Below are positions 28,103 to 35,886 of a DNA stretch of 64,000 bases, in pieces (the first letter of the stretch is position 1; the number at the start of each line of letters is the position of its first letter). This stretch comes from Eubacteriales bacterium. Lineage in GTDB: Bacteria > Bacillota > Clostridia > Oscillospirales > CAG-272. Location: contig JAZNII010000045.1 in NCBI GenBank assembly GCA_045577415.1, positions 1,815-65,814 of the forward strand, written 5' to 3'. The position numbers were made by a program, and so were the translations under genes. The notes under the pieces were generated by a model. That model did not search any database. It was not told the origin of the DNA and saw only the letters and a program-made list of their open reading frames with translations.

Positions 28103-28902
28103 ACATTTTAGCAGTTGATGACGAATATTACGCATTAAAGCTTATAGAACAGGCAATCAGAGAGTCTGTGTCGGGAGCGGTGCTTTATCTTTGTGACGAG
28201 CCTCAAAGCGCGATCGAGACGGCGAGAAAAAATAAGATAGACGTAGCTTTTTTGGACATACACATGCCGGGAATGAGCGGAGTGGAGCTTGCCAAGGCGC
28301 TAAAGGACATAAATCCCAAGGTCAATATAATATTCGCGACGGGATTTTCCGAATATATGAAAGACGCTATCGATATTCGCTCCAGCGGATATCTTCTCAA
28401 GCCCGTGACCGCGGCGGCGGTCAAGACCGAGATAGAAAATCTGCGCCACCCCGTGGAATGGGATAGCGAAAAGAGAGTCAGAGTGCTGACCTTTGGAAAC
28501 TTTGAGGTTTTGGTCGATAACGTACCCGTAAAATTTGAGAGAAAGCAGTCCAAGGAGATATTTGCCTACCTAATAGATAAAAGAGGTACGTCTGTGACCT
28601 ACGCCGAGCTTGCCTCGGTGATATGGGAGGACGGCGAATACGACCGCGTGAGACAGAAAAATCTTCAGGTCTACGTGGCGGGTATGGTAAAGGCTCTCAA
28701 TAACGTGGGCGAGCAGGATCTGATACTCAAGGGCAGACAAGGAATACTTGTTAATACCGCAAAGATAGATTGCGACTATTACCGTTTCCTTGAGGGTGAC
28801 GTAAGAGCAATAAATTCTTTCACGGGTCAGTATATGAGCGCCTATTCCTGGGCGGAATTTACCGTTGGGTATCTTGAAAGCCGTGTACATAATATGAAAT
28901 GA
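28099..28902 (+). CDS. response regulator with a winged-helix (OmpR/SARP-like) output domain
   Basis: Receiver domain (ILAVDDE, FLDIHMPGMSG, GYLLKP) plus LTFGNFEVLV..KEIFAYLI..YAEL winged helix. Its start overlaps the kinase stop (ATGA). Confidence 0.85.
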   Translation: MNILAVDDEYYALKLIEQAIRESVSGAVLYLCDEPQSAIETARKNKIDVAFLDIHMPGMSGVELAKALKDINPKVNIIFATGFSEYMKDAIDIRSSGYLLKPVTAAAVKTEIENLRHPVEWDSEKRVRVLTFGNFEVLVDNVPVKFERKQSKEIFAYLIDKRGTSVTYAELASVIWEDGEYDRVRQKNLQVYVAGMVKALNNVGEQDLILKGRQGILVNTAKIDCDYYRFLEGDVRAINSFTGQYMSAYSWAEFTVGYLESRVHNMK

Positions 28903-28914
28903 AAACAAAAAACG

Positions 28915-28957
28915 AAAATTCGGCGTGTTCCGCTTTTGTGGGGCGCGCCGAAATTTT
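28915..28957 (+). terminator. terminator-like hairpin after the regulator gene
   Basis: AAAATTCGGCG ... CGCCGAAATTTT with a 20-nt loop, followed by a T-rich tail. Confidence 0.45.
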
Positions 28958-28997
28958 CTTGAAAATTTTTTGCATTTTTTTAAAAACTTCCCGAATT

Positions 28998-29030
28998 TGT
29001 AGTCGTGATGTAGTCATAGGGTGATAAAAT
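28998..29030 (+). promoter_or_regulatory. candidate promoter of the SipW-type operon with an 11-bp-phased direct repeat
   Basis: Extended -10 TGaTAAAAT (29022-29030) with no good -35. Direct repeats TGTAGTC at 28998-29004 and 29009-29015 cover the -35/spacer region. Confidence 0.45.
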
Positions 29031-29126
29031 ACGCTTAGAAGGCTGGAAAAATATGCTTTCAAAGGGAAAAAAGCCTAATAGGGAGGGCTTTAAACAAAAA
29101 TTTTTTCTACAAAGGAGAAAAACAAA

Positions 29127-29648
29127 ATGAAAAAGAAAAGAACACTTATCGTTGGTCTGCTTCTCGTAGCAGCACTTGCACTCGGCATCGGTTATGCAGG
29201 ATTTACCTCCGATCTTTCTCTCGGCGGTAAAGCGATCCTCGACGGCGTCAGCGAATCCAAGGTAGTTATTAAGAATATTGAGATCGAAGCCGGAAACAGC
29301 TCAGGCGATCACATTGTTGCAACCCCCGGCAACTTGAATACTGAGGCGGCTACCGTTGACGTAACAGGCTTCAAGGCACCCACCGATTACGCTATTCTTA
29401 CCGTTACCGTTGCTAACCCCCACCCCTTTGCAGTTAATATGACTGCTCCCAACCTTGTAATCAACGACAACGATATCGCAGGCGGCACGTATTTCGATAT
29501 TACTCTTGATAATTCCACACCTATTCCTACCTCTATCGGAGCCGAGGATGAGATTACCTTCCAGATCAAAGTTGAGGCTAACGTAATTACTCCCGACGCT
29601 CACACCACCAGCTTCACCGTAACCTTCAGCGCATCCGCCGGAACCTGA
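29127..29648 (+). CDS. small secreted protein with a SipW-class (TasA/camelysin-like) signal peptide; candidate fibre subunit
   Basis: 173 aa. Its n- and h-regions end in ALGIGYAGFTSD, compared with TasA GGTWAAFND. The mature part is about 145 aa, beta-rich and Cys-free. RBS AAAGGAG. Confidence 0.7.
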   Translation: MKKKRTLIVGLLLVAALALGIGYAGFTSDLSLGGKAILDGVSESKVVIKNIEIEAGNSSGDHIVATPGNLNTEAATVDVTGFKAPTDYAILTVTVANPHPFAVNMTAPNLVINDNDIAGGTYFDITLDNSTPIPTSIGAEDEITFQIKVEANVITPDAHTTSFTVTFSASAGT

Positions 29649-29674
29649 TAGAATACTGAAAGCAAATTCGGTTC

Positions 29675-29706
29675 TTAATTAAAAGATTAATTGAAGAATT
29701 AATTAA
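29675..29706 (+). repeat. three TTAATT[AG]A palindromes at 12-bp spacing
   Basis: Copies at 29675-29682, 29687-29694 and 29699-29706, in the 84-nt gap between the first subunit gene and the peptidase gene. Confidence 0.6.
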
Positions 29707-29732
29707 AAACTAAAATGAAAGGAGGACCGTAA

Positions 29733-30854
29733 ATGAATAAGGATAAGAAAAAACTGTACGTATTATCTGTAATAACGCTTGCGGTTCTCCTTGTCACTCT
29801 CTTTGTGGACGTAGGAAGCAGCAGAATAGTTACAGCTTGCCTGTTGCTTCCTCTGACCCTTATAACCGTTCTTCTTATAAAGAAAAGAAGCACGCTGTCC
29901 ATTAATAAAAGAGAGATCTTGCTGCTTGTGTCGGTGTTGGCGACCGTATACGTCATCGCAAGAGAGATGACAGGACTGTATTTCAAGGTCTACCAAAATC
30001 CCTATTACGTAGACGAAGAAATGATAATCAAGTTCATCATACCCTCGGCGGTGATAATAGTTACGGTAGAGATCGTAAGATACGTATTTTTGGCGCAGAA
30101 AAACCGATTCGTTGACGTTATCACTTTTCTGTCCTGCGTTGTAGCTGAAACTCTGATGTACTCAAATATCGCGGGCATCAGGAACTTCAACAATTTTATG
30201 GATCTCGTCGGAATGACGCTTTTCCCTGCAATCAGCGCAAACGTTTACTACCATTACATTTCCAAACGCTACGGAGCGTTACCGAATATCGCATTTCGTC
30301 TTATTACCTCGATGTATATTTACTTCATACCCTATACAACGGCTATGACGGATGCGCTTTCATCATGTATTAAAATCGTTTTGCCGATAATAATGCTTGC
30401 ATTTATCTCGGCGCTTTACTCAAAAACAAAGAAAAACGCCGTGCAGAAGGGAAGAAAAACCTCTGTCGTCGGCACCGTCCTGATGACCGTCGTTATAATT
30501 CTTGTAGCGATGCTTATCTCTTGTCAGTTCCGCTTCGGCGCGCTGGTAATAGCGACTGAAAGCATGACGGGCGAGATAAACAAGGGCGATATGATCATAT
30601 ACGAGCAGTACGATGATCAAACAATAAAGGAAGGACAAGTAATTGTCTTTTCGCAAAATGATGCAAAAATAATTCACAGAGTAGTTAAAATTGAAAATAT
30701 CAATGGCGAGATCAGGTATTACACAAAGGGTGATGCCAATGAGGATCTCGACGTGGGATATAGAACTGAAGCAGACATAGTCGGCTTGACCGACGTGAAG
30801 ATCGCTTATATAGGTTATCCGACTCTGTGGCTCAGACAACTAATACCATCTTAA
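29733..30854 (+). CDS. archaeal/ER-type (SipW-like) signal peptidase I fused to an N-terminal polytopic membrane domain
   Basis: The last ~120 aa carry ATESMTGEINKGD (Ser), KIIHRVV (His) and YTKGDANE (Asp), as in SipW/Sec11-type peptidases. They are preceded by about 250 aa with about 7 TM helices. Confidence 0.75.
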   Translation: MNKDKKKLYVLSVITLAVLLVTLFVDVGSSRIVTACLLLPLTLITVLLIKKRSTLSINKREILLLVSVLATVYVIAREMTGLYFKVYQNPYYVDEEMIIKFIIPSAVIIVTVEIVRYVFLAQKNRFVDVITFLSCVVAETLMYSNIAGIRNFNNFMDLVGMTLFPAISANVYYHYISKRYGALPNIAFRLITSMYIYFIPYTTAMTDALSSCIKIVLPIIMLAFISALYSKTKKNAVQKGRKTSVVGTVLMTVVIILVAMLISCQFRFGALVIATESMTGEINKGDMIIYEQYDDQTIKEGQVIVFSQNDAKIIHRVVKIENINGEIRYYTKGDANEDLDVGYRTEADIVGLTDVKIAYIGYPTLWLRQLIPS

Positions 30855-30874
30855 GAGAAAGGAGGTTACCATAA

Positions 30875-32704
30875 ATGTCGGAAAAAGAAAAGAAAAGGCG
30901 CTCGAAATACCGTAAAAACCGTGAAAAACTGATATTTACTCAAACGGTCATAGCAATAGTGGTGGCTCTGGCAGTGCTGATCTCGGCGCTTGTTGCCTAT
31001 CAGCTTGAAAAGACCTATTACATCGGCTACCGTGAGGGCGGAAATATTGATTACAACGTTTTTTTGAAGGAAAACGATTTTTACGAGGAAGATTTTCTTG
31101 AAAAGGATCAGTCCTACGTCGCGTCTCTGATAGATAAGATCATAGCCGATTTCAGCTATCAGATCGACATGGATACCGATGACGTAAATTACCGTTATTC
31201 CTATACCATCAAGTCCCGTCTTGAGATAATAGACAATACTTCAAGCGTTGCTATCTTCAATCCCGAATACGAGCTTGTAAGCGTTCAGAATAAGTCGCAA
31301 AGCAGCTCCAACAGATTGACGATCAACGAGATCGTGGTCTTGGATTACGATCAGTACAACAGTCTTGCGGGAAATTTCCTCTCAACCTACGACCTTACCA
31401 ATACAACAAGTAATATCGTAGTCACGCTTGAGGTTGACGTCCTCAGCGATTGTAACGCTTTTTCGGGCAGCAGCGCTGAAACGTATTTCTCCGAATTACG
31501 TATACCTCTTACAACAAAAACAGTTAATATCAAGATGACCTCCACCATTCCCGATGATGAGGCGAAGATGATCGCCTGCACCAGAGGCGCCGGTAGCGAG
31601 GTGTTCAAGACTACAGCTATCGTGCTGGCAGTTGTGGACGCAATTCTTATATTGATACTCGTAGCGTTTATCTTCTTAACAAGAACAGAAGATATTACCT
31701 ACACAGCGCGCGTCAAAAAGATCGTTTCCCAGTATAAGTCCTACATCCAGAGGATAAAGAACATATTCGATACCTCGGGATATCAGGTCATTGTGGTTGA
31801 AAGCTTCGATGAGATGCTTGAAATACGCGATACTATTCAGGCTCCTATACTGATGCACGAAAATGATGACAAGACCTGCGCGAAGTTTATTATTCCTACG
31901 GATACTAAGATTCTCTATCTCTTTGAGATAAAGATCGAGGGTTATACCGAGCCTGAACCCGATCCCAAGCCCGATCCTCAGCCCACTACTATCGTTAAGC
32001 CCAACATAACCAACGTTGTGCGTCCCGTGGTAAAGGTAGTGGTTACTCCCAAGGTGACCGAAACTAAGGCTGAAGAAATCGAGGATAGCTCCGAACCCGA
32101 GGCGGAGATCGAAACCGTGGTTGAAGAACCCGAAATTTTGGTCGATGCGGCAGAGGAGATCCCCGAAGTTGCGGTTGAGACCGAAATCGAGGAAGAACCC
32201 GTCGAGGAAGAACCCGTCGAGGAAGAACCCATCGAGGAAGAACCCATCGAGGCAGAACCCATCGAGGAAGAACCCATCGAGGCAGAACCCGTCGAGGAGG
32301 AACCCGTCGAGGAAGAGCTTGACATTGAGGACATACTTGACAGTATTCCCGAGGTCGCGGAAACTGCTGAGGAGCGGTTGATAGTTGAAGCTCCCGGAGT
32401 TGACGCTATCGATGTTGTATGGCAGGAAAGAAAAGAGAAAAGATACCGTTACGATCCCGACGGAAACACGGTTGACGCGGGAGACGTAGTTCTCGTTCCT
32501 ACCAGAGACGTTGCAAGCGACAAGGACGTTGTTCGCGAGGCAGAGGTAGCAAGAGGGAACTATAAGGTAGATCCCTCAGAGCTTGAAACTCCCCTCAAAA
32601 AGATCATCGGCGTTGTCAGACGTAAAGCAGAAAAGGCTTTTGTCGCAATGATAACTCCCGACGAAAAAGAGCTTGAGGAAAACACCGATAATTCTGAAAA
32701 TTAA
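30875..32704 (+). CDS. bitopic membrane protein (DUF5305-like architecture) with an acidic EEEP[VI] repeat tail
   Basis: 609 aa: TM1 (aa ~20-43), extracytoplasmic domain of ~200 aa, TM2 (aa ~247-268), cytoplasmic region with P-rich and (EEEPV/I)n repeats. The DUF5305 assignment rests on architecture only. Confidence 0.6.
   Translation: MSEKEKKRRSKYRKNREKLIFTQTVIAIVVALAVLISALVAYQLEKTYYIGYREGGNIDYNVFLKENDFYEEDFLEKDQSYVASLIDKIIADFSYQIDMDTDDVNYRYSYTIKSRLEIIDNTSSVAIFNPEYELVSVQNKSQSSSNRLTINEIVVLDYDQYNSLAGNFLSTYDLTNTTSNIVVTLEVDVLSDCNAFSGSSAETYFSELRIPLTTKTVNIKMTSTIPDDEAKMIACTRGAGSEVFKTTAIVLAVVDAILILILVAFIFLTRTEDITYTARVKKIVSQYKSYIQRIKNIFDTSGYQVIVVESFDEMLEIRDTIQAPILMHENDDKTCAKFIIPTDTKILYLFEIKIEGYTEPEPDPKPDPQPTTIVKPNITNVVRPVVKVVVTPKVTETKAEEIEDSSEPEAEIETVVEEPEILVDAAEEIPEVAVETEIEEEPVEEEPVEEEPIEEEPIEAEPIEEEPIEAEPVEEEPVEEELDIEDILDSIPEVAETAEERLIVEAPGVDAIDVVWQERKEKRYRYDPDGNTVDAGDVVLVPTRDVASDKDVVREAEVARGNYKVDPSELETPLKKIIGVVRRKAEKAFVAMITPDEKELEENTDNSEN
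32189..32323 (+). repeat. 15-bp in-frame tandem repeat (8 units plus a partial unit)
   Basis: GAGGAAGAACCC[G/A]TC units encode EEEP[V/I]. Variants are GAA/GCA/GAG at codon 2 and GTC/ATC at codon 5. Confidence 0.9.
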
Positions 32705-32732
32705 TTAATAACACATAGAAAGGAGAGTGTTT

Positions 32733-33833
32733 ATGAAGCTTTGGTTAAAAATAATATGCGGAATAGCACTCTCCTGTATGTGCTTATTCGCCTGCATAGG
32801 CTACGCGGGATTTACCTCAAATATGACCATGTTAGGAACTGCTACGTCCGAGCCTCCCGAAGGAGTATTTATTACCAACATAACTTCGGTGGGAACCAAT
32901 AATGCTACCGCGGTAGTCAACGGATACAGTATGACCGTTGTGAACAGTACTGTCAATCTCGGCAATAATACTAACTCCACGCTGACACTTACAATAACGG
33001 TGTTTAACAACACAACGGTAGATCACGGCTATAACGCTATGATATATACCGTAGGTGAGACAACCTACGATAACGAAACTATTGTAGTTGAGCCTCAGAT
33101 TGAGAGACGAACGGTGGTCGAGGCGCAGGATTATCTTACCTTTGACGTTATCGTATCCTTCAAGAGCGGTGTTTCTATTACGAACAGACAGCTCAATTCC
33201 GTAATTACCTATGAGTTTTTGCCACTTGATGAAATACCCGAGGACGAGGACGAGATAGCCGTCAGCGGAGTTTTGGGACAATTCAAGAATATCCTTAACA
33301 ATAACGTTGTCGGAAATCCCAATAGCTACGGTCAGTTGATCACCCAAATGGATGATTATAATGCTAACGACCGTCACAATGATTCTTATATTGGTAACGT
33401 TGACGGTGCTTCGGGAGAAGACGTGACTATTCTCGGTGAACTTTTCCAGGGTCAGCTATCATTGAACATTAACGGAACGGATACTCCCGTAACGCTGATG
33501 ATAAAAGAGAAAGATGTTGACGGAAACTCAGTCAATGGAGATGAAATGACGATTTATATGACGACTGATGATCTGCAAAAGCAGAATTCTGGTTGGTTTT
33601 CTCAGCCGGAATATGCACCCGTATACGCCGCAGTATTCCGAAAGGTAACGCTTGAGGACGGAACCACGACGTGGGAGCAGATAGGTGATATGTATCTTGG
33701 CTCGGCAGATATCAAGAGATACAACGGTATGCCGGGAGACGGATCCTTCGATACCGATAACTGGAGACTTGTAACCGAGAACGGTACACGTACCAGCACA
33801 ACCATTCAGAATATTATTCAAAATCTTGAATAA
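32733..33833 (+). CDS. large secreted paralogue with the same SipW-class signal peptide; candidate accessory or tip subunit
   Basis: 366 aa. The signal region ends in ACIGYAGFTSN. The first ~140 mature aa parallel the 173-aa protein (VFITNITSVG / VVIKNIEIEAG; LTFDVIVSF / ITFQIKVEA), followed by a ~200-aa extension. ATG at 32733 with AAAGGAG 7 nt upstream. Confidence 0.7.
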   Translation: MKLWLKIICGIALSCMCLFACIGYAGFTSNMTMLGTATSEPPEGVFITNITSVGTNNATAVVNGYSMTVVNSTVNLGNNTNSTLTLTITVFNNTTVDHGYNAMIYTVGETTYDNETIVVEPQIERRTVVEAQDYLTFDVIVSFKSGVSITNRQLNSVITYEFLPLDEIPEDEDEIAVSGVLGQFKNILNNNVVGNPNSYGQLITQMDDYNANDRHNDSYIGNVDGASGEDVTILGELFQGQLSLNINGTDTPVTLMIKEKDVDGNSVNGDEMTIYMTTDDLQKQNSGWFSQPEYAPVYAAVFRKVTLEDGTTTWEQIGDMYLGSADIKRYNGMPGDGSFDTDNWRLVTENGTRTSTTIQNIIQNLE

Positions 33834-33834
33834 A

Positions 33835-33863
33835 GAAAAAAGGCTCGAACAGAGCCTTTTTTC
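33835..33863. terminator. bidirectional terminator (SipW-type operon / pepT)
   Basis: AAAAAAGGCTC gaaca GAGCCTTTTTT. Confidence 0.75.
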
Positions 33864-33879
33864 TTTGCAATTTAAAAGT

Positions 33880-35094
33880 TTAAATCTTTGCCACGTCAAG
33901 AATTATTCTTTCAACTATATCAACGACCTTTTCGAGCGACTCAACGGGAAGATACTCAAATCTCGAGTGGAAATTCTCTCCGCCCGTGCAGATGTTGGGG
34001 CAGGGCAGACCCATAAAGGAAAGTCTCGCTCCGTCAGTGCCGCCTCGGATGGGAACGATCTCGGGTTCCACTCCTACCGCTTTCATAGCGGCGACGGCAC
34101 GGTCTATGGTATACATGTTTTTGTCTATGATCTCCTTCATGTTGTAGTAGGAGTCCTTGACGGTGACGACGCACGAGCCTGCGCCGTATTTTTCGTTGAT
34201 CTTATCGGCAACGGCGGCAAAGACCGCCTTTTTTTCTTCAAATTTCGATCTGTCGTGGTCGCGGATGATGAAGAACAGCTCCGCGTTCTCACAATCTCCC
34301 TTCATATCGGTCAGATGGAAGAAGCCTTCATATCCTTCGGTCTTTGCGGGGATCTGATCAGCGGGGAGCAGAGAATTGAAGTCTATAGCCATAAGTGCGG
34401 CATTCTTCATCTTGTCCTTCGCGCTTCCCGGATGGATCGACACGCCGAAAAATTCCGCCTTTGCCGACGCGGCGTTGAAATTCTCGTATTCAAGCTCGCC
34501 AAGACCGCCTCCGTCAATGGTATAAGCGTAGTCCGCGTCAAATTTTTCCACGTCAAAGTGGTCGGCACCGCGACCTATCTCCTCGTCGGGAGTGAAGCAG
34601 ATCTTTACGCAACCGTGTTTTTCTCCGCTTGCGATAATTCTCTCGATCGCCGAGACGATAGCGCAAACGCCCGCCTTGTCGTCAGCACCCAGCAAGGTGG
34701 TGCCGTCGGTAACGATAAGATGATTGCCCACGTAGCGGTTCATTGAGGGATACTCCTCGGGGGTGAGATAAATGTCCTTTTCATCGTTGAGACAGACCGC
34801 GCCGCCTTCGTATTTGACGATCTTTGTCTTGATAGGCGCATCGGCGCAAGCGTCGGAGGTGTCAACGTGGGCGATAAGACCTAAAGTGACGCTACAATCG
34901 GTATTCGCGAGGAGCGTTGCATAAAGATAGCCCTTGTCGTCAAGCTCAACGTCTGAAAGTCCTAATTTAGTCAACTCCTCGGCAAGATAGCGGCTGAAAA
35001 CCAACTGTTTAGCGGTGCTGGGGACGGTCTCACTTGACTCGTCCGACATCGTGGGAAAGGAAACGTATTTTAAAAATCTCTCTGCAATATTCAT
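33880..35094 (-). CDS. pepT: peptidase T (tripeptide aminopeptidase, M20B)
   Basis: MNIAERFLKYV..PST..Q N-terminus, GADDKAG, DEEIG and GGTDGA motifs. Start at 35094 with a GGAGA RBS. Confidence 0.92.
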   Translation of the reverse strand: MNIAERFLKYVSFPTMSDESSETVPSTAKQLVFSRYLAEELTKLGLSDVELDDKGYLYATLLANTDCSVTLGLIAHVDTSDACADAPIKTKIVKYEGGAVCLNDEKDIYLTPEEYPSMNRYVGNHLIVTDGTTLLGADDKAGVCAIVSAIERIIASGEKHGCVKICFTPDEEIGRGADHFDVEKFDADYAYTIDGGGLGELEYENFNAASAKAEFFGVSIHPGSAKDKMKNAALMAIDFNSLLPADQIPAKTEGYEGFFHLTDMKGDCENAELFFIIRDHDRSKFEEKKAVFAAVADKINEKYGAGSCVVTVKDSYYNMKEIIDKNMYTIDRAVAAMKAVGVEPEIVPIRGGTDGARLSFMGLPCPNICTGGENFHSRFEYLPVESLEKVVDIVERIILDVAKI

Positions 35095-35278
35095 TCTGTT
35101 TCTCCATTTTTTAGATTGCGAGCTTATCAGGCTCACGTTTACGTCCTGAAAGGTGTTTGTTTCTATAATTTTATCACAAAAAGCATTTTGTGTCAATAAT
35201 TATGCGGCAGATATTGATTTTTGTCGACAAATATGTTAGAATAAAGCTGTATAATTTTAATCGGATAGGAGATATAAA

Positions 35279-35836
35279 ATGAACATGACCGAATTTTTAG
35301 ATATGCTGAGAAATATCAGCCCCATTCTCGTTTGCCTTTTGGTTTGCGGAGCGAAGATAATCGAGATTACCATTCAGTCCCTAAAGACCTGTATGATGGT
35401 CAAGGGTCAGAGACTTAAGGCGGCAGGACTTGGATTTGTAGAGTGTATGATCTGGGGTCTGGTTATCTCCACTCTTATAGGCACTCTCGGAAACGATCCT
35501 CTGCTTCTCGTATTCTACTGCGTGGGTTACGCTACGGGACTTTTCCTTGGCTCAACTATAGAGAGCAAGATCGCCCTCGGCACATCCAACCTTGAGCTTA
35601 TTGCAAGCGACGAAAGCACAAAGAAGATCACCGCATATCTCAAGGAGCGCAATATGGGATATACCGTATTTGAAGGTCACGGCTCCAAGGACAAGATGAA
35701 TATGATCTTCATCGTACTCTCCCGACGCGAAACTCCCAAGGTGCTTAAGGAAATAAGAAGCTCATGTGACAATAAGGTCTTCGTGGTTGCCAGCGAGGTC
35801 AGTAAGTACGCAGGCGGCTACGGAATGGTAAAATAA
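35279..35836 (+). CDS. UPF0316/DUF2179-family membrane protein
   Basis: 185 aa. Three TM helices plus a C-terminal DUF2179-like domain (YTVFEGHGSKD). Confidence 0.75.
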   Translation: MNMTEFLDMLRNISPILVCLLVCGAKIIEITIQSLKTCMMVKGQRLKAAGLGFVECMIWGLVISTLIGTLGNDPLLLVFYCVGYATGLFLGSTIESKIALGTSNLELIASDESTKKITAYLKERNMGYTVFEGHGSKDKMNMIFIVLSRRETPKVLKEIRSSCDNKVFVVASEVSKYAGGYGMVK

Positions 35837-35886
35837 GAGACAGATAAGTTTCGAGCTTGATCAAATTATAAAAGTGAGGTTTGGCT

